DNA of 64,000 nt, taken from the NCBI GenBank assembly GCA_040398005.1, contig JBBAUX010000002.1:96001-160000 (forward strand), in the 5' to 3' direction. Both the position numbers and the translations under genes were made by a program. The stretch's first letter is position 1. Every line of letters starts with the position of its first letter. The notes under the pieces were generated by a model. That model ran no database searches. It saw nothing but the letters and a program-made list of their open reading frames with translations, and was not told the origin of the DNA. Below, one piece after another: positions 39,350-48,032 of the stretch. The DNA is from Opitutales bacterium. GTDB lineage: Bacteria; Verrucomicrobiota; Verrucomicrobiia; Opitutales; UBA953.

Positions 39350-40470
39350 GGTCGGGAATTTTCGGTTGCCGGGTTAATCGTTTCTTTGCGGAAACCCAGT
39401 GCGTCCAATTCATCACCCACCGTGACGGGTTTGTTGTCGGTGCTGGAAGTTGGACGTGGATAAGCGCCGAGTAATTTGTCCGCAAGGGTTGTGGGCGGAC
39501 TAGGATTTTTCTCGATTTCCTTGAGTAAAATTTGGGCTTCTACCGCGGCGTCGGATTCTGGTGAAATACTTCGGCAGGCATTAGCCATGAGTTTAGCGGC
39601 TTCAGGATTGTTGCGGCTGTACCAATAGAATTTTCCGAGATTGAGGCGGGCACGTGCTGCGCGATCGCGTAAGATCTTAATTTGTTCCGGTGCGTTTTTC
39701 GCGCGTGGATCGTTTGGATATTGGTCGGCGAGAGTCTTCCAGTGGTCTGCCGAATCGATGGTGCTCGCTTGATCCCAATCGGGACCGAGTGATTCTTCGC
39801 TACGCAGTTTAGCCAGTCTTTCCAGGGCTTCCGGTGCGTATTTCGAATTGGGATAGTCGCTGATAATACGCACTAAGGCATCAAGACTTTCGGCAGTGCG
39901 ACCTTGATCCGCATTGAGACGGGCGATGCGAATGAGGGCGATGTCAGCGAGTAGTCCATTGGGTGCTACTTTCACAACTTTTTCGTAAACGGCGACCGCG
40001 TGTAATCGGTCTTTAAACCAGGGGAACCAACCACCCAATTGCGGGCGAGCTCCCTCTGCCAAACGCGAGGCGATGATAAAATCTAAATCGATGGCGTCTT
40101 GGAAATTTACGTAGTGGGTGTGACGTTTAAAAAATTCATCCAAGTCTTCGCGTTCGGCTGGTTCAAACTGATTGCGAGCAATATGAATTTTTGCTCTCGC
40201 GATTAGGGCAATCGCTTCGCCTTCGTGACCAAATTGGGTATCGGCAATTTTATTCCAGAGCGATAAAGCTTTGGAATAATCTTTCGCATCTGTCACGGCT
40301 TGGGCTTCGTTAATTTGATTTAATAACTCAGGTAACGTGGTTGGTGCAATGGCGACAGAAGTGGTGCCGTCTTTGAGCGTCCAGCGAGGTCCAGTGTGAA
40401 TCAGTTCGGCCTGACACGTGAGTGTGAGGACGAGAGCGAGGATGCTGAAGAATTTATTTTTTAGGTTCAT
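39346..40470 (-). CDS. bamD: BamD-like TPR outer-membrane assembly protein
   Basis: Signal peptide, TPRs, 'ISDYPNS', 'WDQAST', 'YPNDPR', 'LGKFYW'. Confidence 0.65.
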   Translation of the reverse strand: MNLKNKFFSILALVLTLTCQAELIHTGPRWTLKDGTTSVAIAPTTLPELLNQINEAQAVTDAKDYSKALSLWNKIADTQFGHEGEAIALIARAKIHIARNQFEPAEREDLDEFFKRHTHYVNFQDAIDLDFIIASRLAEGARPQLGGWFPWFKDRLHAVAVYEKVVKVAPNGLLADIALIRIARLNADQGRTAESLDALVRIISDYPNSKYAPEALERLAKLRSEESLGPDWDQASTIDSADHWKTLADQYPNDPRAKNAPEQIKILRDRAARARLNLGKFYWYSRNNPEAAKLMANACRSISPESDAAVEAQILLKEIEKNPSPPTTLADKLLGAYPRPTSSTDNKPVTVGDELDALGFRKETINPATENSRP

Positions 40471-41467
40471 GCCAACGAAGGAGTGTTGCTCCCCAGGTTA
40501 ATCCTGAGCCGAAAGCGACGAGCAGGACAAGGTCACCGTGTTTGATTTTGCCTTCCCGCCAAGCCTCTTCGAGGGCGAGGGGAATCGAGGCAGCCGAAGT
40601 ATTCCCAAATCGGTCTAAATTTGAAGGAAATCGCTCAAGCCCAACATTCAATTGGCCCGCCACCGCCTCAAGAATACGTGCATTGGCTTGGTGAGGGATA
40701 AACCAAGCTACTTGATCGGAGGTTACTCCACATTTGTTTAAAACGCGCTGACAGGATTCGGACATGACACGTACGGCGAGCTTAAAAACTTCTTTGCCGT
40801 TCATGCGCAGGCAGTGTTCGCGATTTTGAATCGTTTCGGGTGTCGATGGTTTAGCTGAGCCGCCCGCCACGCTATGAATAAGTTCAGCGTTAGTTCCATC
40901 GGAGCCCAACATGTTTCCGAGAATGCCCACGTTAGGAGTATCGGTTAATTCTAAAATAGCGGCTCCCGCTCCGTCGCCAAAAAGTACGCACGTGGTGCGA
41001 TCTTGCCAGTCGAGAACTCCGGAAAGTTTTTCGGTTCCGACAACGAGGGCGCGTCGGTAATTTCCCGAACGCAACATATCGGTGCCCACTTGAAGAGCGA
41101 AAATAAATCCAGAACAAGCGGCAGAAACATCGAAGGCCGGAATGTCGCGACGAAGTCCGAGTTTAGCTTGAAGAATACAAGCCGTTGAAGGGAAGGGGAC
41201 GTCGGGCGTCATGGTCGCCACGATCAGAAGGTCGATATCTTCAGGATTTAGTCCGGCATTTTTAAGGGCTTGGGCGGCCGCTTTTGCTCCCATGTCGGAA
41301 GGATTTTCGTTGGGTCCGGCGATACGACGTTCGGCAATCCCTGAGCGTGTTTTAATCCACTCATCGTTCGTATCGACAATCTTCGATAAGTCATCGTTGG
41401 TCAGTTTTTGCTCGGGTGTATGGACGCCGAGTGAACGGATGAAGACTGAGGATTGAGCCGGGTTCAT
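40454..41467 (-). CDS. fabH: 3-oxoacyl-ACP synthase III
   Basis: 'WIKTRSGI', 'AACSGF', 'LFGDGAGA', 'PHQAN', 'GNTSAAS', 'FGSGLTW'. Confidence 0.97.
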   Translation of the reverse strand: MNPAQSSVFIRSLGVHTPEQKLTNDDLSKIVDTNDEWIKTRSGIAERRIAGPNENPSDMGAKAAAQALKNAGLNPEDIDLLIVATMTPDVPFPSTACILQAKLGLRRDIPAFDVSAACSGFIFALQVGTDMLRSGNYRRALVVGTEKLSGVLDWQDRTTCVLFGDGAGAAILELTDTPNVGILGNMLGSDGTNAELIHSVAGGSAKPSTPETIQNREHCLRMNGKEVFKLAVRVMSESCQRVLNKCGVTSDQVAWFIPHQANARILEAVAGQLNVGLERFPSNLDRFGNTSAASIPLALEEAWREGKIKHGDLVLLVAFGSGLTWGATLLRWHEPKK

Positions 41468-41516
41468 CAAGTAGTCGAAGTAAGCCCTCCGCGGGGAAGA
41501 AGGGAACACTAAAACC

Positions 41517-42587
41517 TCATTCTTCTTCCGGAGTCGAAGAAATTACGGCATTTGCTTCCGCTAAAGCGACTAACATTCGGCGGTTGGCATCATGCCCCAC
41601 GGCTTCGAGGCCTAGGCGAATGGCACTGGCGATACTTTGACGATTGCTCGAACCGTGAGCTTTCATGACTAAACTTGAGAGTCCTAATAAAGGAGCTCCG
41701 CCGTATTTTTCAGGCTTAAGTTTTCCTTTAAGTTCACGCAAGAGGGGGAACATGGCGATACCGCCCGCGAGGTAGACGGGATTACTCTTAACTTTTTTGC
41801 CGACCATATCTCTCACCATGTAAACCAGACCTTCGAGAGTTTTTAAAATAACATTTCCGGTGAAGCCATCGGTGACCACGACATCACAAGCGTCGCCAAA
41901 TACGTCAAACCCTTCCACGGGTCCGATATAATTAATTTTATCACCCATCGCTTTTAATAAAGTATGCGTGCGATTAATTCTGGCGCCGCCTTTACCTTCT
42001 TCAGTGCCCACGGATAATAAACCCACGCGTGGATGGGTGATGCCTAATGCACTTTGTGCATAGATGGAGCCGAATACGGCGTTATGGACTAAATGTTCAG
42101 GTTTGGCTTCAGGATTTGCGCCCACATCAAGCATCACGAAATGCCCTTCACGACGGGGCATAATAGCTGCTAGAGCAGGACGTTCGGCGCCTTCCATGGG
42201 ACGTACTTTAATCGTTCCCGCTGCCACTAATGCTTTGGTATTACCGGTAGAAATAACGAGATCAGCCTGACCCGCTTTGAGCATATCCAAAGCAATCAAC
42301 ATCGAAGAATCGCGTTTAGATTTAATGACCGTCATCGCGGCGTCATCGGGATTCACCACCGTCGCGGCATGTTTAAATTCAATGCGCTTAGATTTAAGAA
42401 TGCGGTGCTCGGCGGCGAGTTGGCGCAAATTATCTTCGTGACCTACTAAAATAATTTTATCGTTGGGGCCGACAAAGCCTTCACGCAATGCAAGGGATGC
42501 ACCCGCGACGGCTTCGGAAGGACCTAAATCGCCACCCATACAATCGAGGGCGATTTTTTTCCCAGTGGGCGTGATTTCTTCGCTCAT
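41517..42587 (-). CDS. plsX: Phosphate acyltransferase PlsX
   Basis: 'IALDCMGGD.GP', 'RPAL', 'LDVGAN', 'GTEEGKG', 'DGFTGN', 'YGGAPLLG', 'HGSS'. Confidence 0.96.
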   Translation of the reverse strand: MSEEITPTGKKIALDCMGGDLGPSEAVAGASLALREGFVGPNDKIILVGHEDNLRQLAAEHRILKSKRIEFKHAATVVNPDDAAMTVIKSKRDSSMLIALDMLKAGQADLVISTGNTKALVAAGTIKVRPMEGAERPALAAIMPRREGHFVMLDVGANPEAKPEHLVHNAVFGSIYAQSALGITHPRVGLLSVGTEEGKGGARINRTHTLLKAMGDKINYIGPVEGFDVFGDACDVVVTDGFTGNVILKTLEGLVYMVRDMVGKKVKSNPVYLAGGIAMFPLLRELKGKLKPEKYGGAPLLGLSSLVMKAHGSSNRQSIASAIRLGLEAVGHDANRRMLVALAEANAVISSTPEEE

Positions 42588-42617
42588 GATTGCACGGGCG
42601 TTGCCCGTAAAAATTGC

Positions 42618-42797
42618 TTAAGCCTCGGTGTCGAGGACTTGACGACCACGGTATTTACCGGTGGTTGGATCGACACGGTGTGAACGGCGGAGGGCGCCTG
42701 ATTCAGCATCGCGTACGAGCTTGGGAGCACGGAACTGATTGGCCCCGCGACGAAGGCGACTGCGGCGTTTAGACTGTTTGCGTTTCGGATTTGCCAT
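42618..42797 (-). CDS. rpmF: 50S ribosomal protein L32, Cys-free form
   Basis: MANPKRKQSKRR..HRV..G.YRGRQV, in the rpmF-plsX-fabH order. Confidence 0.95.
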   Translation of the reverse strand: MANPKRKQSKRRSRLRRGANQFRAPKLVRDAESGALRRSHRVDPTTGKYRGRQVLDTEA

Positions 42798-42899
42798 GGT
42801 TTTGCTCTGGTTGAGGGTCAGATGTAGAGTCTCCCTGCCCCCACGGTCAAGCCCCCATTCAATGGCTTGCACTACTTATTTGCCTCGATTGGCTGAGGT

Positions 42900-43454
42900 A
42901 TGGCCAAATCGCCCGCCCTTTTCCTCGATCGGGATGGAAATCTCATCGAAGACCACCATCACACCTGCCAAGTTGACCAAGTAATCCTTATTTCTGGGGT
43001 GAAACCAGCCCTCGAGGCCTGTTTATCCGCTGGCTATAAGCTTTTTATTCTGACCAACCAAAGTGGAATAAATCGGGGGATTTTCACCTGGGAGCAATAC
43101 CATGCCTGCAATCAACGCATGTTGGAACTGCTGGATTTGCCGGCCCCAGGAATTTTAGAAATCAAAGCCGCCCCCGAAAAACCGGATGAGCCGTCTTTGT
43201 ATCGTAAGCCCAGTCCGCGATTTATTTTAGAAATGATTGAACGACATGAACTCGATCCCGCGCGTTGCTGGATGGTGGGCGATCGTATCACCGATTGGGA
43301 CGCTGGATTAAATGCCGGGATAAAATCTTGTGCCGTGCGCAGTGGGGCCGGTCGCGTTGAAGATTTTATTTATGCAGAGAAAATGAAATTCACCATACGC
43401 CAAGATTTCCCCGAGTTCGTTCGTCAGGATCTCGGCTTGAATTGGAATAAATAA
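42900..43454 (+). CDS. gmhB: GmhB-like heptose bisphosphate phosphatase (HAD IIIA)
   Basis: 'LFLDRDG', 'TNQSGI', 'RKPSP', 'MVGDR..D'. Confidence 0.85.
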   Translation: MAKSPALFLDRDGNLIEDHHHTCQVDQVILISGVKPALEACLSAGYKLFILTNQSGINRGIFTWEQYHACNQRMLELLDLPAPGILEIKAAPEKPDEPSLYRKPSPRFILEMIERHELDPARCWMVGDRITDWDAGLNAGIKSCAVRSGAGRVEDFIYAEKMKFTIRQDFPEFVRQDLGLNWNK

Positions 43455-43482
43455 AAAGGGCGAACTCGAAAGTTCGCCCTTT
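43453..43482. terminator. Bidirectional intrinsic terminator between convergent genes
   Basis: 12-bp stem AAAGGGCGAACT-cgaa-AGTTCGCCCTTT; the loop reads TTCG on the minus strand. Confidence 0.85.
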
Positions 43483-43503
43483 AAAATCAGTATATAAAAC
43501 TAA

Positions 43504-43926
43504 TTAGGCCTTAGGAGCTTCGGTCGGAGCGGCAGGGCACTTTTCGCCGTCTTTTTTCTCACAACCACCACAGTGGCTTGAGATTTCGCTTTTTACAGGC
43601 TCGGTCTTCGCAGGCTCAGTTGCAGGAGTGGTGACAGGAGCAGTGGTTGGCTCATCTTTTTTACCACAGCTACCACAGTGGTTTGAAATTTCGCTTTTTA
43701 CAGGCTCAGTTTTCGCAGGCTCAGTTGCTGGAGCAGTGGTTGGGTCATCTTTTTTACCACAGCTACCACAGTGATTTGAGATTTCGCTCTTGGGAGCATC
43801 GTTAGGGCAGCAAGGTGAGTCTTTGTCATCTTTTTTCTTTTCTGTCTCAGCAGCAAAGCTGGTCACAGAAGTAATCGCCAAGGCGACTGCGGCGGTTGTT
43901 AGTAAACGGAGGAATGAGGATTTCAT
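43504..43926 (-). CDS. Secreted Cys/His-repeat protein of unknown function
   Basis: Signal peptide (..SFA|A) and three KSEIS(N/S)HCG(S/G)C(G/E)KKD units with Pro/Thr/Ala linkers. Confidence 0.85.
   Translation of the reverse strand: MKSSFLRLLTTAAVALAITSVTSFAAETEKKKDDKDSPCCPNDAPKSEISNHCGSCGKKDDPTTAPATEPAKTEPVKSEISNHCGSCGKKDEPTTAPVTTPATEPAKTEPVKSEISSHCGGCEKKDGEKCPAAPTEAPKA
43549..43791 (-). repeat. Intragenic tandem repeat, three copies spaced 93 and 105 nt
   Basis: Near-identical DNA units starting at 43791, 43698 and 43593 on the minus strand; differences are largely synonymous. Confidence 0.9.
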
Positions 43927-43963
43927 AGGACAGTATGTAGACTAACACAAATAAAAGTTTAGC

Positions 43964-44782
43964 CTACTTTGTCAAGTGATGCTCTATATCGCTCTCAGTT
44001 AAGAGCTTATTCATCTTTGAGCAGGCATTCAATAAACTGCTACTAGGCAACCAGTTACAACCACTGTTGGTAGAATAGACGTTTTTATTTTTTACGGCAC
44101 ATACCCCTCTAACTGCGGGCAACTTCGTAAACTCACTCCAATGTTTCGGGGACAGGGTGATCGGTCCATCAACCGGATTATTATTTATCCACAAAATGAC
44201 GTCGGGGTTAAATTGCGCAATCATTTCCCAGTCACACTTAATCCATGTTGAATCAGGAAACGGCAGCTCGAATCCACTTTTTTCTAATGGCCCAGCGAGA
44301 TAAGAATTTTTTCCAGCCATCATCCCGTCCCAGATCACTAAAAGTTTTTTAGATGAACTGGACCGTTTTTTTTCTAACTCAGAAATTAAATCGTTGGCTA
44401 ACTTTTCTTGGTGAACGGCCTCTCCCATTAAACGCACATCTTCGCTGACACTGTTCTTGGTTTCCGACGATAGCACTAATACTTTTAATCCAGCTTGTCG
44501 GCAGCGATCCGCCCACAAGGGATTGGCCAGACGTGGTAAAATCACCAAAGTCGGTTTTTTCTGCAAAAGTTTTTCCAAGTCGGGATTGAATACATCGCAA
44601 TCGCGTGACGCTGAATGCTCAGTGGGCAGGGGACACCACTTCGTGGCGGCGACAATTTGCGCCGCACAATTTAAATCAATCAGCGTTTGGGTTGCCCCTG
44701 GACTGTAACTCGCAATCCGCATGGGCTCGGTAGCAGTCGCCCAACTGAAACATAAAAGCGTTAATAAAAACTGACGAATCAT
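43964..44782 (-). CDS. Periplasmic helical-backbone binding protein (BtuF/TroA-like)
   Basis: Signal peptide, 'RIASYSPGATQTL..L', 'PDLEKLL..KP', 'WEMI..FNPDVI', 'AVKNKNVY'. ATGA overlap with pdxA. Confidence 0.75.
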   Translation of the reverse strand: MIRQFLLTLLCFSWATATEPMRIASYSPGATQTLIDLNCAAQIVAATKWCPLPTEHSASRDCDVFNPDLEKLLQKKPTLVILPRLANPLWADRCRQAGLKVLVLSSETKNSVSEDVRLMGEAVHQEKLANDLISELEKKRSSSSKKLLVIWDGMMAGKNSYLAGPLEKSGFELPFPDSTWIKCDWEMIAQFNPDVILWINNNPVDGPITLSPKHWSEFTKLPAVRGVCAVKNKNVYSTNSGCNWLPSSSLLNACSKMNKLLTESDIEHHLTK

Positions 44783-45696
44783 CGAGAAGACAGAATCTCT
44801 GCTAGTCGTAACGCTGAATTGAAACTTCCACAATCCACCACGCCTTTTCCAGCAATCTCAAAAGCGGTGCCATGATCGGGGCTGGTTCGAACATACTTTA
44901 ATCCCAATGTCAGATTAGCGGCTGTGGAAAAATCGACCAATTTTAAAGGGGCTAGGCCTTGGTCATGATACATCGCGACGACCGCATCAAACTCACTTTT
45001 TAGGTGACGATAAAAAGCAGTATCGCCTGATAGGGGTCCGGTGACATCGAAACCTTCGCCGCGCAGTGTTTCCACGACGGGCTGAATAACGGTTTTATCT
45101 TCCTGACCTAACAAACCATTTTCACCGGCGTGAGGATTCAGTCCGCATACCGCAATGCGCGGATTTTTATCACCGAGTTTTTTACGCAACTGAATGAGAG
45201 CTAAAATAGTTTGGCGAATATTGACCGAATTAATTTGGATCGAAACCGATTGTAGCGGGATATGCCAAGTCACTAATCCCACGGTCATTTTGCCACCGGC
45301 AAACGCCATGACCGGTTCACCCTGCCAGTGATGGGCGAAGAATTCTGTTTGCCCTGGAAACTTATAACCTACTCGCGATAAATTATTTTTGCTGACGGGT
45401 CCCGTCACAACGGCGCAAAACTTTCCGTCCGCGACTCCTTTCGCTGCACATTCCATGGCGGCGATGGCGATGCGGCTGCCTTCAGCATCGGGCTTTCCAG
45501 GATTTATAATATAATTACCTGGTCCAACGGCGAACGACTCTGGATTTTTCATTCCCAAAGTTTTCAACCAAGAGAGTGGTCCGATGGGTGCGACCTTATT
45601 AATTAATTCTGGATGCGATTTGATCCACGCAGCAATCAGCTCAGGCCCAACGCCCGCTGGGTCGCCACAGGTTAAGGCAATCGGAGTTTGGCTCAT
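44779..45696 (-). CDS. pdxA: 4-hydroxythreonine-4-phosphate dehydrogenase
   Basis: 'TCGDPAGVGPE', 'FPGQTEF', 'GLNPHAGE', 'MYHDQGL', 'RTSPDHGTA'. Confidence 0.96.
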   Translation of the reverse strand: MSQTPIALTCGDPAGVGPELIAAWIKSHPELINKVAPIGPLSWLKTLGMKNPESFAVGPGNYIINPGKPDAEGSRIAIAAMECAAKGVADGKFCAVVTGPVSKNNLSRVGYKFPGQTEFFAHHWQGEPVMAFAGGKMTVGLVTWHIPLQSVSIQINSVNIRQTILALIQLRKKLGDKNPRIAVCGLNPHAGENGLLGQEDKTVIQPVVETLRGEGFDVTGPLSGDTAFYRHLKSEFDAVVAMYHDQGLAPLKLVDFSTAANLTLGLKYVRTSPDHGTAFEIAGKGVVDCGSFNSALRLAEILSSR

Positions 45697-46472
45697 TCGG
45701 GTTGGACAGTGCGTCCACGTTTTCCTCCTAAAAAGAAATCCAGAAACTCCAAAGCTTCAGGTGTGATGAAGTCGCCGGATTTTAGGGCGGATTGTGCTAA
45801 GTCCGCACAGTTTCCGCTGGGTGCGTAGACGGTGTGATAGGCTTTTTTAATTTCGGCAATCACATCGTTGCTCAGTCCGCGTCGGCGCATGCCCACTAAG
45901 TTTAAACCCGAGATTTGATTGCGTGAGTGAGCCAAACCCTGTGGCGGAACGTCTTCGGTGATGACGGCATTACCCGAGGTCATAGAGCCTTTGCCAATTC
46001 GACAGAATTGATGAACGGCTACTCCACCACTCACAAAGGCATGGTCGCCCACGTTGACGTGTCCACCCAACATACAGCCATTCGCAAGGATGACATGATC
46101 ACCCGTGGTGCAATCGTGCGCGACGTGCGCACCCGCCATAATAAAATTATTTTTACCAATCCGTGTCGTGCCGCCTTCAGAGGTGGCTCGGTGGATGGTG
46201 ACGTGTTCTCGAATGACCGTGGCATCACCGATGCTCACATTCGAAGAGGTCGAAGAATTAAAATGAAGGTCTTGGGGGTCGCCGCCAATGACGCTGAAAT
46301 GATCTATTTTTACTTTCTCTCCAAGCATGGAACCTTTTTTGATGATAGCCTGTGCGCTAATTTCACATTCATTGCCGATTACGACATTCGCTTCAATAAT
46401 TGCCAATGGCCCGATAACAAGGGCGTTTCCTAGTCGGGCAGAGGGATGAATCTGGGCGGAAGAATGAATCAC
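45693..46472 (-). CDS. lpxA: UDP-N-acetylglucosamine O-acyltransferase
   Basis: Hexapeptide repeats, 'GDPQDL', 'IREHVTIHR', 'HVAHDC', 'VHQFCRIG', 'GLNLVGMRR'. Confidence 0.93.
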   Translation of the reverse strand: MIHSSAQIHPSARLGNALVIGPLAIIEANVVIGNECEISAQAIIKKGSMLGEKVKIDHFSVIGGDPQDLHFNSSTSSNVSIGDATVIREHVTIHRATSEGGTTRIGKNNFIMAGAHVAHDCTTGDHVILANGCMLGGHVNVGDHAFVSGGVAVHQFCRIGKGSMTSGNAVITEDVPPQGLAHSRNQISGLNLVGMRRRGLSNDVIAEIKKAYHTVYAPSGNCADLAQSALKSGDFITPEALEFLDFFLGGKRGRTVQPE

Positions 46473-47080
46473 TTGGAAGACGGATTATTAGAGAATAGTT
46501 CTAGCTGCGCCGGTTTGACCATATCGTAGACGCGCAGCAGGCGTAAAAGTTGTAAGGTGTCGGAGCGAGCGTAGCTTTGATTAGATTCTACATTCTGAAT
46601 CATGTTTTCCAAAATCGTTCGGAAGGTAATCACATGGTCAACGCCACTTTGTTTAAGCAGCGCAATACTTTCGGCACGTTGGGGTTCTTGGGCAGGCAAA
46701 CCAGGGAGAATTAATATTTTAGATAAATTTTCATTTTCCGTTTGGCGTAATTCGGCAAAAGCCGCTTTGGCTGCTTCGACGGCTTCTTGTCGGACAAACT
46801 CCAGCAAGTCTCCTTTGCGGATCATCGTGGGCGTAATCGCTTTCGTGGTATGCCAGGCTTTAACCGCGACGACCGCAGCGGTAATTCCTGGCAAGTCGGC
46901 GGAGAAAAGTTGAAAAGGAAGTTGGACGTCACGACGGGGCGATGGATTGATCACGTATAAATCGCCTTCTTCGTCGGCTCGCTTGCGTCGTGATTGCACG
47001 GCGTACTTGCGTGATTGGCGCACGAAGAACCCGTTCACTTCAAAGTATTCTCTTACTAGGCTGTCGTCGAAACCCGCCAT
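46469..47080 (-). CDS. Hypothetical protein, possible PD-(D/E)xK fold
   Basis: Operonic ORF overlapping the lpxA start. 'LVREYFE.NGF.V', 'EGDLYV', 'VVAVKAW' resemble the nuclease motif order. Confidence 0.6.
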   Translation of the reverse strand: MAGFDDSLVREYFEVNGFFVRQSRKYAVQSRRKRADEEGDLYVINPSPRRDVQLPFQLFSADLPGITAAVVAVKAWHTTKAITPTMIRKGDLLEFVRQEAVEAAKAAFAELRQTENENLSKILILPGLPAQEPQRAESIALLKQSGVDHVITFRTILENMIQNVESNQSYARSDTLQLLRLLRVYDMVKPAQLELFSNNPSSK

Positions 47081-47131
47081 AGTCAGAACATTGCCACCGA
47101 ATGGTCGTTCGGGTCAATCTGCGATACTCGA

Positions 47132-47860
47132 TTATAAAACGAAATCGGCCGGTGCAATGGCCACGGTGAATTCACCTTTCATTGAACCAGCTTTCAGCAG
47201 CGGGACTAATTCGCCAAGCGGAGCTGTGCGAATCGTTTCATGTAATTTAGTCAGTTCGCGTCCGACGCAGACGACGCGGGCCGGGCCAAGAATCTCGAGC
47301 ATCTCATCAGCAAAATCGGCCATCCGATGGCAGGATTCATGGAGTACGATTGTTTCATCGCCTTGCAGTGATTGTTCGAGGAAGCGTCGACGTGCGGCTG
47401 ACTTCGGCGGGAGAAAACCGATAAAGCGAAATGCATTCGTGGGGAGTCCCGAGGCGGAAAGCAGGGCGATGATGGCGCAAGGACCGGGCAGGGGAGTGAC
47501 CGTGAGTTTCCGTCGACGGCATTCGCGTGTCACCCGGAATCCTGGATCACTAATCCCAGGCGTCCCCGCATCGGTAATCAACGCTACGACTTGTCCGGCC
47601 GAAATTTTTTCTGCTAACTCGATGGCCACTTCTTTTTCATTATGCTCATGGTAGGCAATCATCGGTTTAGATATTCCGATGTGTTTGAGTAACCCAATGG
47701 TGACACGCGTATCTTCGCAGGCGATTAAATCGCAGGCGGTTAATTCTTTTTTAATTCGATCAGTGAGGTCACCCAGATTTCCTAACGGCGTAGCTACGAC
47801 TAAAAGTCGTCCACCTGCCTTGGGATTTGACCCAGGTTCATGTGAACCTGGCGTAGTCAT
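47132..47860 (-). CDS. rsmI: 16S rRNA (cytidine1402-2'-O)-methyltransferase
   Basis: 'VATPLGNLGD', 'ACEDTR', 'DAGTPGISDPG', 'RELTKLHE', 'KGEF'. Confidence 0.96.
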   Translation of the reverse strand: MTTPGSHEPGSNPKAGGRLLVVATPLGNLGDLTDRIKKELTACDLIACEDTRVTIGLLKHIGISKPMIAYHEHNEKEVAIELAEKISAGQVVALITDAGTPGISDPGFRVTRECRRRKLTVTPLPGPCAIIALLSASGLPTNAFRFIGFLPPKSAARRRFLEQSLQGDETIVLHESCHRMADFADEMLEILGPARVVCVGRELTKLHETIRTAPLGELVPLLKAGSMKGEFTVAIAPADFVL

Positions 47861-48027
47861 TAGCGGTAACCAGATCCGCCAGTCGGACCCATCATGCCGG
47901 GAAGACCACCTTGCCACGAAGCGGGTTGCGCTTGTGGTAAAGTCGAATCGATAGGCTTTTCGGTGGTCTCACAGCCCGCCAATGCCATTAAGACAAGGGC
48001 GAGGACAATGAGATGAACGAAACGCAT
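47860..48027 (-). CDS. Small lipoprotein, 55 aa (not in the ORF track)
   Basis: Manual translation MRFVHLIVLALVLMALAGCETTEKPIDSTLPQAQPASWQGGLPGMMGPTGGSGYR: lipobox LAGC. TAATG overlap with rsmI. Confidence 0.85.
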   Translation of the reverse strand: MRFVHLIVLALVLMALAGCETTEKPIDSTLPQAQPASWQGGLPGMMGPTGGSGYR

Positions 48028-48032
48028 GCGAA

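Noticed and set aside
43549..43791. Spaced direct repeats considered as a CRISPR array or heme c motifs
   Set aside because: Repeats are in frame, the linkers are also homologous, no cas genes are present, and the motif is HCxxC rather than CxxCH.
46947..47654. 235-aa plus-strand ORF
   Set aside because: Lies antisense to rsmI and the neighbouring gene; Ser/Arg-rich with no motif.
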